Below, piece by piece: positions 38,641 to 48,028 of a stretch of 64,000 nucleotides of DNA. The notes below the pieces were generated by a model. The model worked only from the letters and a program-made list of their open reading frames with translations, was not told the origin of the DNA and did no database searches. The stretch covers positions 18,991-82,990 of the forward strand of contig CAZMEZ010000003.1 in the NCBI GenBank assembly GCA_964565425.1, in the 5' to 3' direction. The first letter of the stretch is position 1, and each line of letters begins with the position of its first letter. Made by a program: the position numbers and the translations under genes. This stretch comes from an uncultured Planctomycetia bacterium (GTDB lineage: Bacteria > Omnitrophota > Gorgyraeia > Tantalellales > Tantalellaceae).

Positions 38641-39701
38641 AGGAGTACTGGTTCGGGTTTAACGTTTTTCGTTACATAACGTTCAGGGCCAGCATGGCGG
38701 CCGTGATGTCGTTCGTTGTCTGTCTGATATTGGGGCCGTTCATCGTAAAGTTGCTGAAGAGCCTGGACGCCGGCCTGTACGTGTGGAAAAAGCACGCCGA
38801 CAGCCTGTATGACATCCATAAGCACAAAGAGGGAACGCCTACAATGGGGGGGCTTTTGATAATCGTGGCGGTTCTCGTTTCGTCGCTTTTATGGTGCCGC
38901 CTGGATAACGACTACGTGTTATTGGCGCTGGGCGGTATGGTATGGCTCGGCGTGATCGGCTTCATGGACGACATTATCAAAATACGGACCAAGAGCGCCA
39001 TGGGGATACGGGCCATGACAAAGCTTGGCGGACAGGTGCTGCTTGCTCTGATAGTGGGCCTTTTCGTGATAAACAATAAAGCCATAGGGGCTGACCTGTA
39101 TCTTCCGTTCGTAAAGAACGCGGTTGTCAACCTCGGTGTTTTTTATGTGCTTTTTGTGCTGCTCGTGATAGTGGGGACAAGTAACGCCGTAAATCTCACC
39201 GATGGTCTTGACGGGCTGGCTATAGGTTGTGTGGTGTTCATTACGCTTACATACGCGGTCATTAGCTACGTTACGGGCAATGCGGTGATAAGCCGCTATC
39301 TCCAGGTTTTTTATCTTCCCGGTTCGGGCGAACTTACCGTTTTTTGCGCGGCGCTTACCGGGGCCGCGCTCGGTTTCCTTTGGTTCAATAGCCATCCCGC
39401 CACCATCTTCATGGGGGATACCGGGTCTTTGGCGCTGGGTGGAGCGATCGCTATCGTAAGCGTGCTTATCAAGAAAGAAATACTTCTTTTGCTGGCCGGG
39501 GGAGTGCTCGTGGTCGAAGCGCTTTCGGTGATACTCCAGGTAGCGTCGTTCAAGTTAAGAAAAAAGCGCCTTTTTCTTATGTCGCCCATACATCATCATT
39601 TCCAGATCAAAGGGATGTACGAGTCGAAGATCACGGTGCGTTTTTGGATAATCGCGGCGATCCTCGCGCTCCTCAGTATGACCACGTTGAAGGTGAGGTA
39701 A
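38613..39701 (+). CDS. mraY: Phospho-N-acetylmuramoyl-pentapeptide transferase
   Basis: N-terminus YWFGFNVFRYITFRA; NAVNLTDGLDGLA and DTGSLALGG motifs. Confidence 0.9.
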   Translation: MFYHLLYPLKEYWFGFNVFRYITFRASMAAVMSFVVCLILGPFIVKLLKSLDAGLYVWKKHADSLYDIHKHKEGTPTMGGLLIIVAVLVSSLLWCRLDNDYVLLALGGMVWLGVIGFMDDIIKIRTKSAMGIRAMTKLGGQVLLALIVGLFVINNKAIGADLYLPFVKNAVVNLGVFYVLFVLLVIVGTSNAVNLTDGLDGLAIGCVVFITLTYAVISYVTGNAVISRYLQVFYLPGSGELTVFCAALTGAALGFLWFNSHPATIFMGDTGSLALGGAIAIVSVLIKKEILLLLAGGVLVVEALSVILQVASFKLRKKRLFLMSPIHHHFQIKGMYESKITVRFWIIAAILALLSMTTLKVR

Positions 39702-39847
39702 GCCCGGGGATTGATGGGTGGGTTTCGTCGATCGTCGTTCGAATCTCGGGCCATCGATTAAGTAATATAAAGTGTACACGAAATCCGGACCCCGGACAAC
39801 GAACGACGGTTTACGGTTCACGAACATGTATCCAAATTCAGTTCACT
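39702..39847. repeat. CGTCGAT/CGAACGA stutter spacer between mraY and murD (family F3)
   Basis: gtttcgtcgatcgtcgttcgaatctcgg ... gacaacgaacgacggtttacggttcacgaac. Confidence 0.7.
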
Positions 39848-41185
39848 ATGTTTAACGTCAAAGACAAAAAAGTCCTCGTTGTCGGTCTTGGCGCGAGCGG
39901 ATACGCGGCTGCGGAACTGTCGGCCCGCAAGGGAGCGGTTGTCGGGATAACCGAAAGTTCCGACAACAAGGAAGTTCGAGAAAGGCTCAGCAGGTTGTCG
40001 CGCTATCACCCGCGATACGAGATAGGGCGCCATACCGAGGAATTTTGCGGCTCTGCCGATCTTGTCGTTACGAGTCCGGGTATCGACCCCGGGGTTCTGC
40101 CGCTGAAGGTCGCGCGGAAAGAGGGGAAAGAGATAATAGGGGAACTGGAATTGGCTTACAGGTTCTGTGAGGCCCCGATAATAGCAGTTACGGGTACGAA
40201 CGGTAAAAGCACCACCACGGAGCTTATCGGGAATATAATATCCCGTTCCGGCAGACATGTCGTGGTTTGCGGCAATATAGGGAACCCTTTGAGCGGGGAA
40301 GTCAATCGCCTCAAGAAAGACAGTATTGCGGTGGTAGAGGTGAGTTCGTTTCAGATGGAGACCGTGAAGGAGTTCAGGCCGCATATCGGCGTGCTTCTGA
40401 ACGTCGCGGAGGATCATTACGAGCGACATGGCGACTTTGAAACGTACAAAGCCGAGAAGTTCAGGATGTTCGGCAACCAGTCCGAAAGTGATTGGGCCGT
40501 GCTGCATTCGGATCTCAAGGGCGATCCGATAGCGCGCCGGATAAGGGCACAGAAGATCTTCTTCGGAGGTCCGGGCTCGGAGGCATCCGTTGAAGGCGGA
40601 CGTGTCATCATGGATATAGGAGGCGCGGGCAGGGTAGTGATAGAGGAAAAAGATATACCGATCAGGGGTGTCCATAACATGGAGAATGTCGCGTGCGCCA
40701 TCCTTGTTTCGAGGATCATGGGAGTCGAAGACCGGCACGCGCATGAAGGCGTTGCGAACTTCAAGGGCCTGAGTCACAGGTTCGAAAGGGTGACCGAACT
40801 GGGCGGGGTCGAATTCATTGACGATTCAAAAGCGACCAACATTGACGCGACAAGACGCGCGCTTGAGTCGATCGACAGAAAGGTGGTCTTAATAGCCGGC
40901 GGGAGAGATAAGGGCGGAGACTATGAGGCAATATTCGACCTGGTAAAAGAGAAGGTGAAGGCCATGGTCGTAATAGGCGAAGCGAGCGAAAAGATAAAGA
41001 GCGCTTTTTCCGGAGCCGTAACCGTTGTATCCGCCGGGGACATGTCTGAAGCGGTGAAGATGTCGATGCGGGAGGCAAGCGAAGGAGAAGCGGTCCTTCT
41101 TTCTCCGATGTGCTCAAGTTTCGATATGTTCACGGATTACAAGCACCGGGGCAGGGTGTTCAGGGAAGAAGTAGAGAGGCTGTAG
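39848..41185 (+). CDS. murD: UDP-N-acetylmuramoylalanine--D-glutamate ligase
   Basis: KKVLVVGLGASG Rossmann motif and AVTGTNGKSTT; start at ATG 39848 (the track ORF is extended upstream through a repeat region). Confidence 0.9.
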   Translation: MFNVKDKKVLVVGLGASGYAAAELSARKGAVVGITESSDNKEVRERLSRLSRYHPRYEIGRHTEEFCGSADLVVTSPGIDPGVLPLKVARKEGKEIIGELELAYRFCEAPIIAVTGTNGKSTTTELIGNIISRSGRHVVVCGNIGNPLSGEVNRLKKDSIAVVEVSSFQMETVKEFRPHIGVLLNVAEDHYERHGDFETYKAEKFRMFGNQSESDWAVLHSDLKGDPIARRIRAQKIFFGGPGSEASVEGGRVIMDIGGAGRVVIEEKDIPIRGVHNMENVACAILVSRIMGVEDRHAHEGVANFKGLSHRFERVTELGGVEFIDDSKATNIDATRRALESIDRKVVLIAGGRDKGGDYEAIFDLVKEKVKAMVVIGEASEKIKSAFSGAVTVVSAGDMSEAVKMSMREASEGEAVLLSPMCSSFDMFTDYKHRGRVFREEVERL

Positions 41186-41447
41186 GCGCAAGGCGGTGTC
41201 AGTCATCAGACATCAGCGTGGAGCTGGGCGAGGAGTGTTCGCATAGCGCATGGCGCAAAGGGCATAGCGGGTTAAGTGATAAGTAATACGTAATATGTGA
41301 TACGTGGTGTAGGGGGCGCGGGAGCTGTATCTTGTATCTAGTATCTGGTTGACGTGTTTCTTGACGAACAACGAAAAACGAGCGACGAACAACGACTTTG
41401 CCCGATCTATCGGGCACTTATAGCTTAAAGCTTACATCTGACGAAAA
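41186..41447. repeat. Composite intergenic repeat element (copy B), homologous in a mosaic way to 8313-8790
   Basis: Begins GCGCAAGGCGGTGTCAGTCATCAGA right after the murD stop. Contains GAGTGTTCGCATAGCGCATGGCG, GTGATAAGTAATACGTAATATGTGATACG, GACGAACAACGAAAAACGAGCGACGAACAACGAC and CTTATAGCTTAAAGCTTA. Confidence 0.75.
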
Positions 41448-42557
41448 ATGAGCAAAGACGCAAAGATCGTTTTTATAGTGACGTGCGTGCTATTGATGCT
41501 GGGGACCGTCATGATATATTCTTCCAGCGGCGTTTACGCGCATGGGAACTACGGGGACAGTCTGTATTTTGCAAAAAGACACCTCGCTTATCTGGCGGCG
41601 GGGCTGATCGCCGCCGTGGTATGCATGGCCGCGCCTATAAGAGGCATAAATGATTCCGCCAGGATAATAATGATCATTTCCGTTGTCATTCTCGTGGCGG
41701 TCCTGGTGCCCGGCATAGGCAAACAGGTAGCCGGAGCGCGCAGGTGGATGCGTTTTTTCGGCGCGGGTTTTCAGCCTTCCGAGATCGCGAAGCTTGGTCT
41801 TATAATCTACCTGGCGGATCTGACCTCTCGCAAGAGGTATCTGGTCCAGGATTTCAGGCGAGGATTCCTGCCGCCGCTGGTGGTCACCGGATTTGTCAGC
41901 GGCCTTATTCTTGTTGAACCCGATATGGGGACATCGGTTGCCGTGCTGTTCATCGGACTTGCGATGATGTTCATATCCGGCTCCAGGATCTCTCACCTGG
42001 CTCTTATTACGGGAGGAACACTGCCCGTCCTGGCCATTGCCGCGATCTGCGAGCCATACCGGATGAAACGCCTGTTGACGTTCTCCGATCCCTGGAAAGA
42101 CGCCAGGGGGGCCGGATTCCAGCTGGTCCAGTCTTTCATAGCGCTGGGGTCTGGCGGACTCCTGGGCGTGGGCCTGGGCGCGTCAAAACAGAAACTTTTT
42201 TATCTGCCCGAATCGCATACGGATTTTATTTTTTCGATAATTGGAGAAGAGCTGGGATTCCTTGGGGCGGCGTCGGTCCTTATGCTCTTTGCCGCCATTA
42301 TATGGTTTTCCCTCAGGATATCTTTCAAGGTGAAGGACCTTTTTGCCTCACGCCTTGTTTTCGGCATAACCGTCATGATAGCTTTCGAGGTTCTTGTTAA
42401 TATAGGGGTTTCCACCGGGGTGCTGCCCACAAAGGGTTTGCCTTTACCGTTCATAAGTTATGGGGGGACCTCGCTTGTCTGTCACATGGCGGCGATGGGG
42501 CTGGTGTTCAATATGTCGAGGGAAGTTGAGGATGAGACCGTGAACCGTAATCCGTAA
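41448..42557 (+). CDS. ftsW: SEDS-family peptidoglycan glycosyltransferase FtsW
   Basis: 10-TM FtsW/RodA family (PSEIAKLGLIIYLA; GGTSLV); position between murD and murG. Confidence 0.85.
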   Translation: MSKDAKIVFIVTCVLLMLGTVMIYSSSGVYAHGNYGDSLYFAKRHLAYLAAGLIAAVVCMAAPIRGINDSARIIMIISVVILVAVLVPGIGKQVAGARRWMRFFGAGFQPSEIAKLGLIIYLADLTSRKRYLVQDFRRGFLPPLVVTGFVSGLILVEPDMGTSVAVLFIGLAMMFISGSRISHLALITGGTLPVLAIAAICEPYRMKRLLTFSDPWKDARGAGFQLVQSFIALGSGGLLGVGLGASKQKLFYLPESHTDFIFSIIGEELGFLGAASVLMLFAAIIWFSLRISFKVKDLFASRLVFGITVMIAFEVLVNIGVSTGVLPTKGLPLPFISYGGTSLVCHMAAMGLVFNMSREVEDETVNRNP

Positions 42558-42609
42558 ACCGTGACCCGTTGGTTGGATCACTATTCACGGATCACGGTAT
42601 AAAAATACT
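42558..42609. repeat. CCGTGAA/CCGTAAT/CCGTAAA/CCGTGAC heptamer stutter with an inverted partner (ftsW-murG spacer)
   Basis: aaccgtgaaccgtaatccgtaaaccgtgacccg ... cacggatcacgg. Confidence 0.7.
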
Positions 42610-43713
42610 ATGAATATAAAAGTTATCCTAGCTGCAGGCGGTTCGGGAGGGCATATCTTCCCGTCGGTTGCCCTGGCCGCGGAGCTCGAAAAAGCGGGTA
42701 TTCGCGAAATAACTTTTATTTCCAGCAAAAGAAAGCTGGACAGGAATCTGCTCAAAGGCGCAAGGCACAGATGTTTTTTTCTTTCCGTGAATCCTATGCC
42801 CCTGAGGTTCCATCCCTTACGTTACCTGGTTTTCGTCTGGAATCTTTTTGTCGACGCGTTGGCTTCAGTGTATCTGATGATAAAGCTGAAACCGGATGTC
42901 GTTGTGGGTTTCGGGGGATATTCATCGGGGACTATAGTCGCTGTCGCGAAAACTTTTAGAGTGCCGGTACTTATCCATGAACAGAACCTGGTGCCCGGTC
43001 GCGCTAACAAGATGTTAAGCCTGATGGCCGACCGGATCGCGGTGAGTTTCAGGGATTCCTTGAAGTATTTTCCCGGGGCGGAGGGCAAGGTCGTCTATTC
43101 AGGGAATCCGCTCAGGACCGAAATCCTTTCGAATGACAGGGGGGGGGGCGCGAACCGCATAGGCATATCACCGGAAAAGAAGACCATCCTGGTGATGGGA
43201 GGGAGCCAGGGGTCTTCTTTTTTGAACGGGACGGCCTCGGAAGCCGCTAAAAGGATAAGCATGAAAATGGGGGGCGCGGTCCAGTTCATTCACCTTACCG
43301 GCAGGAAGGACTTCGATCGGGTGCGGGAGTTTTACAGGACCAACGGCATTCCCGGAAAGGTGTTTTCCTTCCTTGAAAGGATAGACGACGCGTATGCCGC
43401 CAGCGATATCGCAATAAGCAGGGCAGGCGCGGCGGCTGTTTTCGAGCTGGCGTATTACTCCAAGCCTATGATATTGGTGCCGTATCCCAGCATTAAGAAC
43501 AACCAAAGGTTTAACGCCGAGTTCTTTTCGAAAGCCGGAGCCGCGATATGCCGTGAAGAAAAGGATCTTGTGCCCGATTCTCTCGCTCTGGAGATCATGA
43601 GGATATTGAACGACGCCGAGGTCCGCGGACGCATGTCAAAAGCCGCGGGGATATTAAGCGAGCCCGGGGCCGGTAGAAAACTGGCCGAAGAAGTGATAAA
43701 ATTAGCTTTATAA
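42610..43713 (+). CDS. murG: Undecaprenyldiphospho-MurNAc-pentapeptide beta-N-acetylglucosaminyltransferase
   Basis: ILAAGGSGGHIFPSVALAAEL N-terminal motif; GT28 fold. Confidence 0.9.
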   Translation: MNIKVILAAGGSGGHIFPSVALAAELEKAGIREITFISSKRKLDRNLLKGARHRCFFLSVNPMPLRFHPLRYLVFVWNLFVDALASVYLMIKLKPDVVVGFGGYSSGTIVAVAKTFRVPVLIHEQNLVPGRANKMLSLMADRIAVSFRDSLKYFPGAEGKVVYSGNPLRTEILSNDRGGGANRIGISPEKKTILVMGGSQGSSFLNGTASEAAKRISMKMGGAVQFIHLTGRKDFDRVREFYRTNGIPGKVFSFLERIDDAYAASDIAISRAGAAAVFELAYYSKPMILVPYPSIKNNQRFNAEFFSKAGAAICREEKDLVPDSLALEIMRILNDAEVRGRMSKAAGILSEPGAGRKLAEEVIKLAL

Positions 43714-43772
43714 GTCGTGGCAACACGCGGGCCTTTACAGCTTATAACTTAAAACTTACAACTTACAGCTTG
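43714..43772. repeat. AGCTTAT/AACTTAA/AACTTAC stutter (family F4, murG-murC spacer)
   Basis: cagcttataacttaaaacttacaacttacagcttg. Confidence 0.7.
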
Positions 43773-45149
43773 ATGATGAACAAGATACACTTTATAGGAA
43801 TAGGCGGTATCGGGATGAGCGGCTTGGCCGACATATTGCTCTCCAGGGGGCAGGAAGTGTCGGGGTCGGATCTCAGGCTGAACTATCTTACGGAACGTCT
43901 AAGTAAAAAGGGGGCGACCATATGCGGTGGGCACTGCGGTGATAATGTTCCCGCAGGAGCGGATTGCGTGGTAAGAACGGCCTGCATAAAGGACGATAAC
44001 CCGGAACTGTTGAGGGCCGGGGAACTGGGTATAAAGGTTATAACGAGGAGCGAGCTGCTGAAAATTTTGATAGACGAATCCCGCGTATCGGTTTCTGTTA
44101 CAGGCACGCACGGCAAGACCACGACGAGCGGCCTTGTCGCACACATAGCTGAAAAATGCGGCAAGTCACCCACCTCTGTCATAGGCGGCGAGCTCGAGAG
44201 TATCGGCGGTAACGCCAAATACGGCCAAAGCGGGGTTATGATAGCCGAGCTTGACGAAAGCGACGGGTTCTTCAGGAACGTGGGTTGCAGCTATGGTATC
44301 GTTACCAATATCGAGAGGGAACACATGGAATATTACGGTTCCATGGAGAGCCTGCTGGAAGCTTACGGCGAGTTCATCTCACGTATCTCTCCGGACGGGA
44401 TCTTTTTTTACAATGGTGAAGACAGATCGCTCGTCTCGCTGGCGGGCAGGACGAAAGCCAGAAAATCGGATTTCGGTATCGATGGACATTTCAGGGTTAC
44501 CTGCTCCAACTATGTCTGCAGAAAGTCTATAGAGTTCGATCTGGCCGTGCGGGGCAGGATATACGGCAGGGTAAAGAGCCCGCTCATAGGGCGTCATAAC
44601 CTGATGAATATCCTGGCGGCCATCAGCGTGTGCCTGGAACTCGGGATAGATTTCAAAGATATTGCCTCTGCCTTGGAAACGTTCCATGGCGCAGGGAGAC
44701 GGTTCGACAGGATAGCGAGGATAGGCGATATTGAGGTCGTAGAGGATTATGCCCATCACCCGACAGAGCTCATGGCGGTGATACGCGCCGCTAAGAATTA
44801 CGGCGAAGGAAGGGTGATCTCCATATTCCAGCCTCACCGCTATTCGAGGACGAACGATCTTGCCGATGGTTTTGTCCGGTGCTTTAACGATTCCGATGTG
44901 CTGATATTGACGGATGTGTATTCCGCGGACGAGAAGCCGGTCGAGGGCGTGAAGATAAGGGATATATACGACAGGATCGATCGCAGCAAGTTCGAAATGC
45001 TCGATTTCGTAAAGAAAGAAGAGATACCCGATCTCGTGTCCAGGATCGTGCGGGATAAGGACCTGGTGCTGGTGCTGGGCGCGGGCGATATCCGGGAGAT
45101 ATCGGCGCCCCTTATCGAGATGATAGAAAAGAGACAAGGGCATGGATGA
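43773..45149 (+). CDS. murC: UDP-N-acetylmuramate--L-alanine ligase
   Basis: IHFIGIGGIGMSGLA and GTHGKTTT motifs. Confidence 0.9.
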   Translation: MMNKIHFIGIGGIGMSGLADILLSRGQEVSGSDLRLNYLTERLSKKGATICGGHCGDNVPAGADCVVRTACIKDDNPELLRAGELGIKVITRSELLKILIDESRVSVSVTGTHGKTTTSGLVAHIAEKCGKSPTSVIGGELESIGGNAKYGQSGVMIAELDESDGFFRNVGCSYGIVTNIEREHMEYYGSMESLLEAYGEFISRISPDGIFFYNGEDRSLVSLAGRTKARKSDFGIDGHFRVTCSNYVCRKSIEFDLAVRGRIYGRVKSPLIGRHNLMNILAAISVCLELGIDFKDIASALETFHGAGRRFDRIARIGDIEVVEDYAHHPTELMAVIRAAKNYGEGRVISIFQPHRYSRTNDLADGFVRCFNDSDVLILTDVYSADEKPVEGVKIRDIYDRIDRSKFEMLDFVKKEEIPDLVSRIVRDKDLVLVLGAGDIREISAPLIEMIEKRQGHG

Positions 45150-46056
45150 AAAGGCGACACGCGATAAATTAGCGGAAATATGCCGGGAAGACGGATGCCG
45201 CCTTTTTTTAGGGGAATCTCTTTCCGGGCGCAGCGCTATACGCATCGGAGGGCAGGCGCTGGCATGGGTGGAGATCCCTTCGGTCGATAAATTTCTGAAC
45301 GCAAGGAAGATCCTTGAAAGAGACGGGGATCGCCATATCGTGGTCGGTAATTGCAGCAACATGCTTTTCCCGGACGGGTACCTGACGGCGGTGCTGATAA
45401 AATTGCGGGGAGGTATTTTTTCGGGGATCCGTTTTGAAGACAACAGGGTGGTCGCCGGCGCAGGGGTCGCGCTCGGTAGTTTGGTGTACGAATCCTGCGC
45501 GAAGGGGCTTGCCGGCCTTGAAGGGCTTGTGGGGATACCCGCCAGTGTCGGCGGGGCCGTTGTGAACAATGCTTCGTACCTCTCGGGGATAAGCGATCGC
45601 CTCGTGAGGGTTCGTATTGTTGACGAGAATTTCAGGGATATTTGGATAAAGAAAGAGAATATCAGTTTCGCCTACCGGGGTTCTTCCCTGAGGGGTAAGA
45701 CCGTTATAGAGGCCATGTTCGAGCTCGAAAAGGCCGACATCGATGGCCTGAAAAGGGATCTAAGGAGCAATTTTATCGAAAAGATGAAGAAACAGCCGCT
45801 TGAAAAGAAGACCCTGGGATGCGTTTTCAAAAATGCCCCCGACGGTTGCTCCGCTGGAGAGGTGATCGACAAAGCGGGGATGAAAGGCGCTCGCGTTGGC
45901 GGGGCCAGGGTTTCCGGGAAACATGCGAATTTTATAATCAACGACGGCGGCGCGAGATCCTCAGACGTAACAGCCCTGATAGATGTGGTAAAGCGTAAGG
46001 TCTTCGAGAAGTTCTCGATAACGCTGGAGCCGGAGATAGAGATAATAAAAGATTAA
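45142..46056 (+). CDS. murB: UDP-N-acetylenolpyruvoylglucosamine reductase
   Basis: FAD-binding PCMH domain plus MurB C-terminal domain; position in the cluster. Confidence 0.85.
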   Translation: MDEKATRDKLAEICREDGCRLFLGESLSGRSAIRIGGQALAWVEIPSVDKFLNARKILERDGDRHIVVGNCSNMLFPDGYLTAVLIKLRGGIFSGIRFEDNRVVAGAGVALGSLVYESCAKGLAGLEGLVGIPASVGGAVVNNASYLSGISDRLVRVRIVDENFRDIWIKKENISFAYRGSSLRGKTVIEAMFELEKADIDGLKRDLRSNFIEKMKKQPLEKKTLGCVFKNAPDGCSAGEVIDKAGMKGARVGGARVSGKHANFIINDGGARSSDVTALIDVVKRKVFEKFSITLEPEIEIIKD

Positions 46057-46059
46057 AGG

Positions 46060-46152
46060 TCAAAAAGCAAAGAGCAAAGATCGGAGATCGAAGATCGAAG
46101 ATCGAAGATCAAAGAGCAAAGAGCAAAGATCGAAGAGCGAGGATCAAAGATA
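46060..46152. repeat. Tandem 8-mer array AGCAAAGA x2, GATCGAAG x3 perfect, then variants (murB-ddl spacer)
   Basis: aagcaaagagcaaagatcggagatcgaagatcgaagatcgaagatcaaagagcaaagagcaaagatcgaagagcgaggatcaaagataagg; contains seven GATC sites in ~90 nt. Confidence 0.85.
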
Positions 46153-46159
46153 AGGTTAC

Positions 46160-47098
46160 ATGGATAAGCTGATAGAAGTATTGCGTAAATTCAGGATCGG
46201 CGTGCTCGCGGGGGGCGAATCCAGCGAAAGGGAGATCAGCCTCAAGAGCGGCAAAGCGGTCTTTGAGGCCCTGCGGAAGGCCGGACTGGATCCCTTATTC
46301 CTGGATGTGAACGAAAAAGACTTTTCTTCCGTTATCGAAAAGTCCGGGATAGACGCGGCCTTTATCGCTCTTCACGGCAGGTTCGGAGAAGACGGAACCG
46401 TCCAGAGGATGCTCCAAAAACGGAACATACCTTATACGGGCTCCGGCCCGGATGCCTCGGCTCTCGCTCTGGATAAAATGGCCTCCAAAGAACAGTTTAT
46501 CGCTCGCGGCCTTAACGTGCCCGAGTACATCGTAGTATACCGGGGCGAGGATATATCGGAACTTGACGTGTGGTTCCCTTGCGTGGTCAAACCAAGATTC
46601 GAGGGGTCGAGTATCGGGCTCTCCGTTGTGTCTTCGGAAACGAAGCTCCATCAGGCGATAGATAATGCGTTCATGTTCGGGGAAGAGGTGATAGTGGAGA
46701 GGTTCGTTCCCGGGAGGGAAATAACCGTAGGCATACTGGACGAAAAAGCCTTACCCGTTGTCGAAATAGTGGCGCATGAAGGTGTATACGATTTTGACGC
46801 GAAATATCGATCGGACTCCACCGAGTATGTCGTTCCCGCAAAGCTTGACGAGAGCGATAGCCGGTTCGCGCAGGAAACGGCCCTGGAGGCGCATAAGGCG
46901 CTCGGGTGTAAAGGCTTTTCAAGGGTGGACATGAGGCTGTCGGATAACCATGAAATATTCGTGCTGGAGGTGAACACGATACCCGGGCTTACCGAGAGGA
47001 GTCTCCTGCCGATGGCGGCAAAGGCCGCGGGGCTGGACTTTCCGGGATTATGTGTTAAGATGCTTCTCGTGGCTTTCGAGAAAAGAAAGACAAAATAG
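46160..47098 (+). CDS. ddl: D-alanine--D-alanine ligase
   Basis: ATP-grasp fold with Ddl motifs (IALHGRFGEDGTVQ; EVNTIPG). Confidence 0.9.
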   Translation: MDKLIEVLRKFRIGVLAGGESSEREISLKSGKAVFEALRKAGLDPLFLDVNEKDFSSVIEKSGIDAAFIALHGRFGEDGTVQRMLQKRNIPYTGSGPDASALALDKMASKEQFIARGLNVPEYIVVYRGEDISELDVWFPCVVKPRFEGSSIGLSVVSSETKLHQAIDNAFMFGEEVIVERFVPGREITVGILDEKALPVVEIVAHEGVYDFDAKYRSDSTEYVVPAKLDESDSRFAQETALEAHKALGCKGFSRVDMRLSDNHEIFVLEVNTIPGLTERSLLPMAAKAAGLDFPGLCVKMLLVAFEKRKTK

Positions 47099-47144
47099 TG
47101 TTTTACGGGAACGTTGATGTGTTCTATTTTTTGAGGAGGGACAG

Positions 47145-47942
47145 GTGGCGAGAAAAAGAAGCTCCAGAAAAAAAGGGAAAAAACCCGCGAGGACCGCGCC
47201 GTCATACGGCAGGTCTTTTTTGGGGAAACCCGTTCTCGGGATCCTGATAATCGTTGCTTTGCTGGGAGGGGCTGTTTACGGGATGCGGTATTTTTTTCTA
47301 AATAGCGATTTTTTTACCATAAGGGAGATATCGGTCAACAAGGACCGGGATTATTCCTTTCGCAAAGGAGAAAAGAAACTGGAGAACATATATCTCGGGC
47401 GCAATATATTCTCAGTTGACCCCAGGCAGGTGCGGACGATAGTGCAGGATGATTACCCGCAGTTGAAGAAAGTCGAGGTGCGGAGGAATTTTCCCGGTGT
47501 GCTGGAAGTAGACATAGTTTCGAGGAGGCCGGCAGCGGTCATAGATTCCGGGGGCGGCATCATAATAGATTCCGAGGCGGTCGTTCTTGCTGTCGGGGAG
47601 AGGTCCGATGATCTGGTAAAGATCAAGGGAATAAGCTTTTTCCTCAATGCCCCCTCCCGGGGCGAGAAGATAGACAACCGCGCACTTGAAACAGCCATGC
47701 TTCTTTTGGACGCGTTTCGCGAGCGGATGGGGCCGTATATGGAAAAAATTGAGTATCTTGACATCTCCGACAGGAACAATATCGTGGTCAACATCTACGG
47801 GGCCGAGGTCAAGATGGGGCAGGAAGATTTTGCGCGGAAAATATACCAGCTGAAGAACATCATGAACGATTCGAATATAAACATGAAAGACATAAAGTAC
47901 ATCGATCTTCGTTTCGAAGACGCGATAATAGCTCCGAAGTGA
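47145..47942 (+). CDS. ftsQ: Cell division protein FtsQ (POTRA domain)
   Basis: Basic N-terminal tail, single TM, then POTRA-like domain; position between ddl and ftsA. Confidence 0.75.
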   Translation: MARKRSSRKKGKKPARTAPSYGRSFLGKPVLGILIIVALLGGAVYGMRYFFLNSDFFTIREISVNKDRDYSFRKGEKKLENIYLGRNIFSVDPRQVRTIVQDDYPQLKKVEVRRNFPGVLEVDIVSRRPAAVIDSGGGIIIDSEAVVLAVGERSDDLVKIKGISFFLNAPSRGEKIDNRALETAMLLLDAFRERMGPYMEKIEYLDISDRNNIVVNIYGAEVKMGQEDFARKIYQLKNIMNDSNINMKDIKYIDLRFEDAIIAPK

Positions 47943-47951
47943 TAAAGTAAA

Positions 47952-48021
47952 GTGTTATGTGTCACGTGTCATGTGTCGTGTCACGTGATCATAACACATG
48001 ACGCTTAACACATAACACACC
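47952..48021. repeat. GTGTTAT/GTGTCAC ... ATAACAC inverted repeat (family F2, ftsQ-ftsA spacer)
   Basis: gtgttatgtgtcacgtgtcatgtgtcgtgtcacgtgatcataacacatgacgcttaacacataacacacc. Confidence 0.8.
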
Positions 48022-48028
48022 TGAAAAC

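Noticed and set aside
39730-39760. tRNA T-arm-like GTTCGAATCTCGG
   Set aside because: The flanking sequence does not form acceptor, D or anticodon stems, and the motif is part of the CGTCGAT/CGTTCGA stutter repeat.
39644-39847. Long N-terminal extension of murD in the ORF track (also 17908 cysK, 28023 arfB, 57179 aroA, 50459 yggU, 14337 flavin reductase)
   Set aside because: The extensions run through stutter repeats or terminators and have no similarity to the respective protein families; downstream in-frame ATG/GTG starts with RBS give canonical N-termini.
46060-46152. Possible CRISPR array suggested by perfect tandem repeats here and at 60655-60704
   Set aside because: Units are only 7-8 nt with no unique spacers between them and no cas genes; they are micro-satellite-like stutters, not CRISPR repeats.
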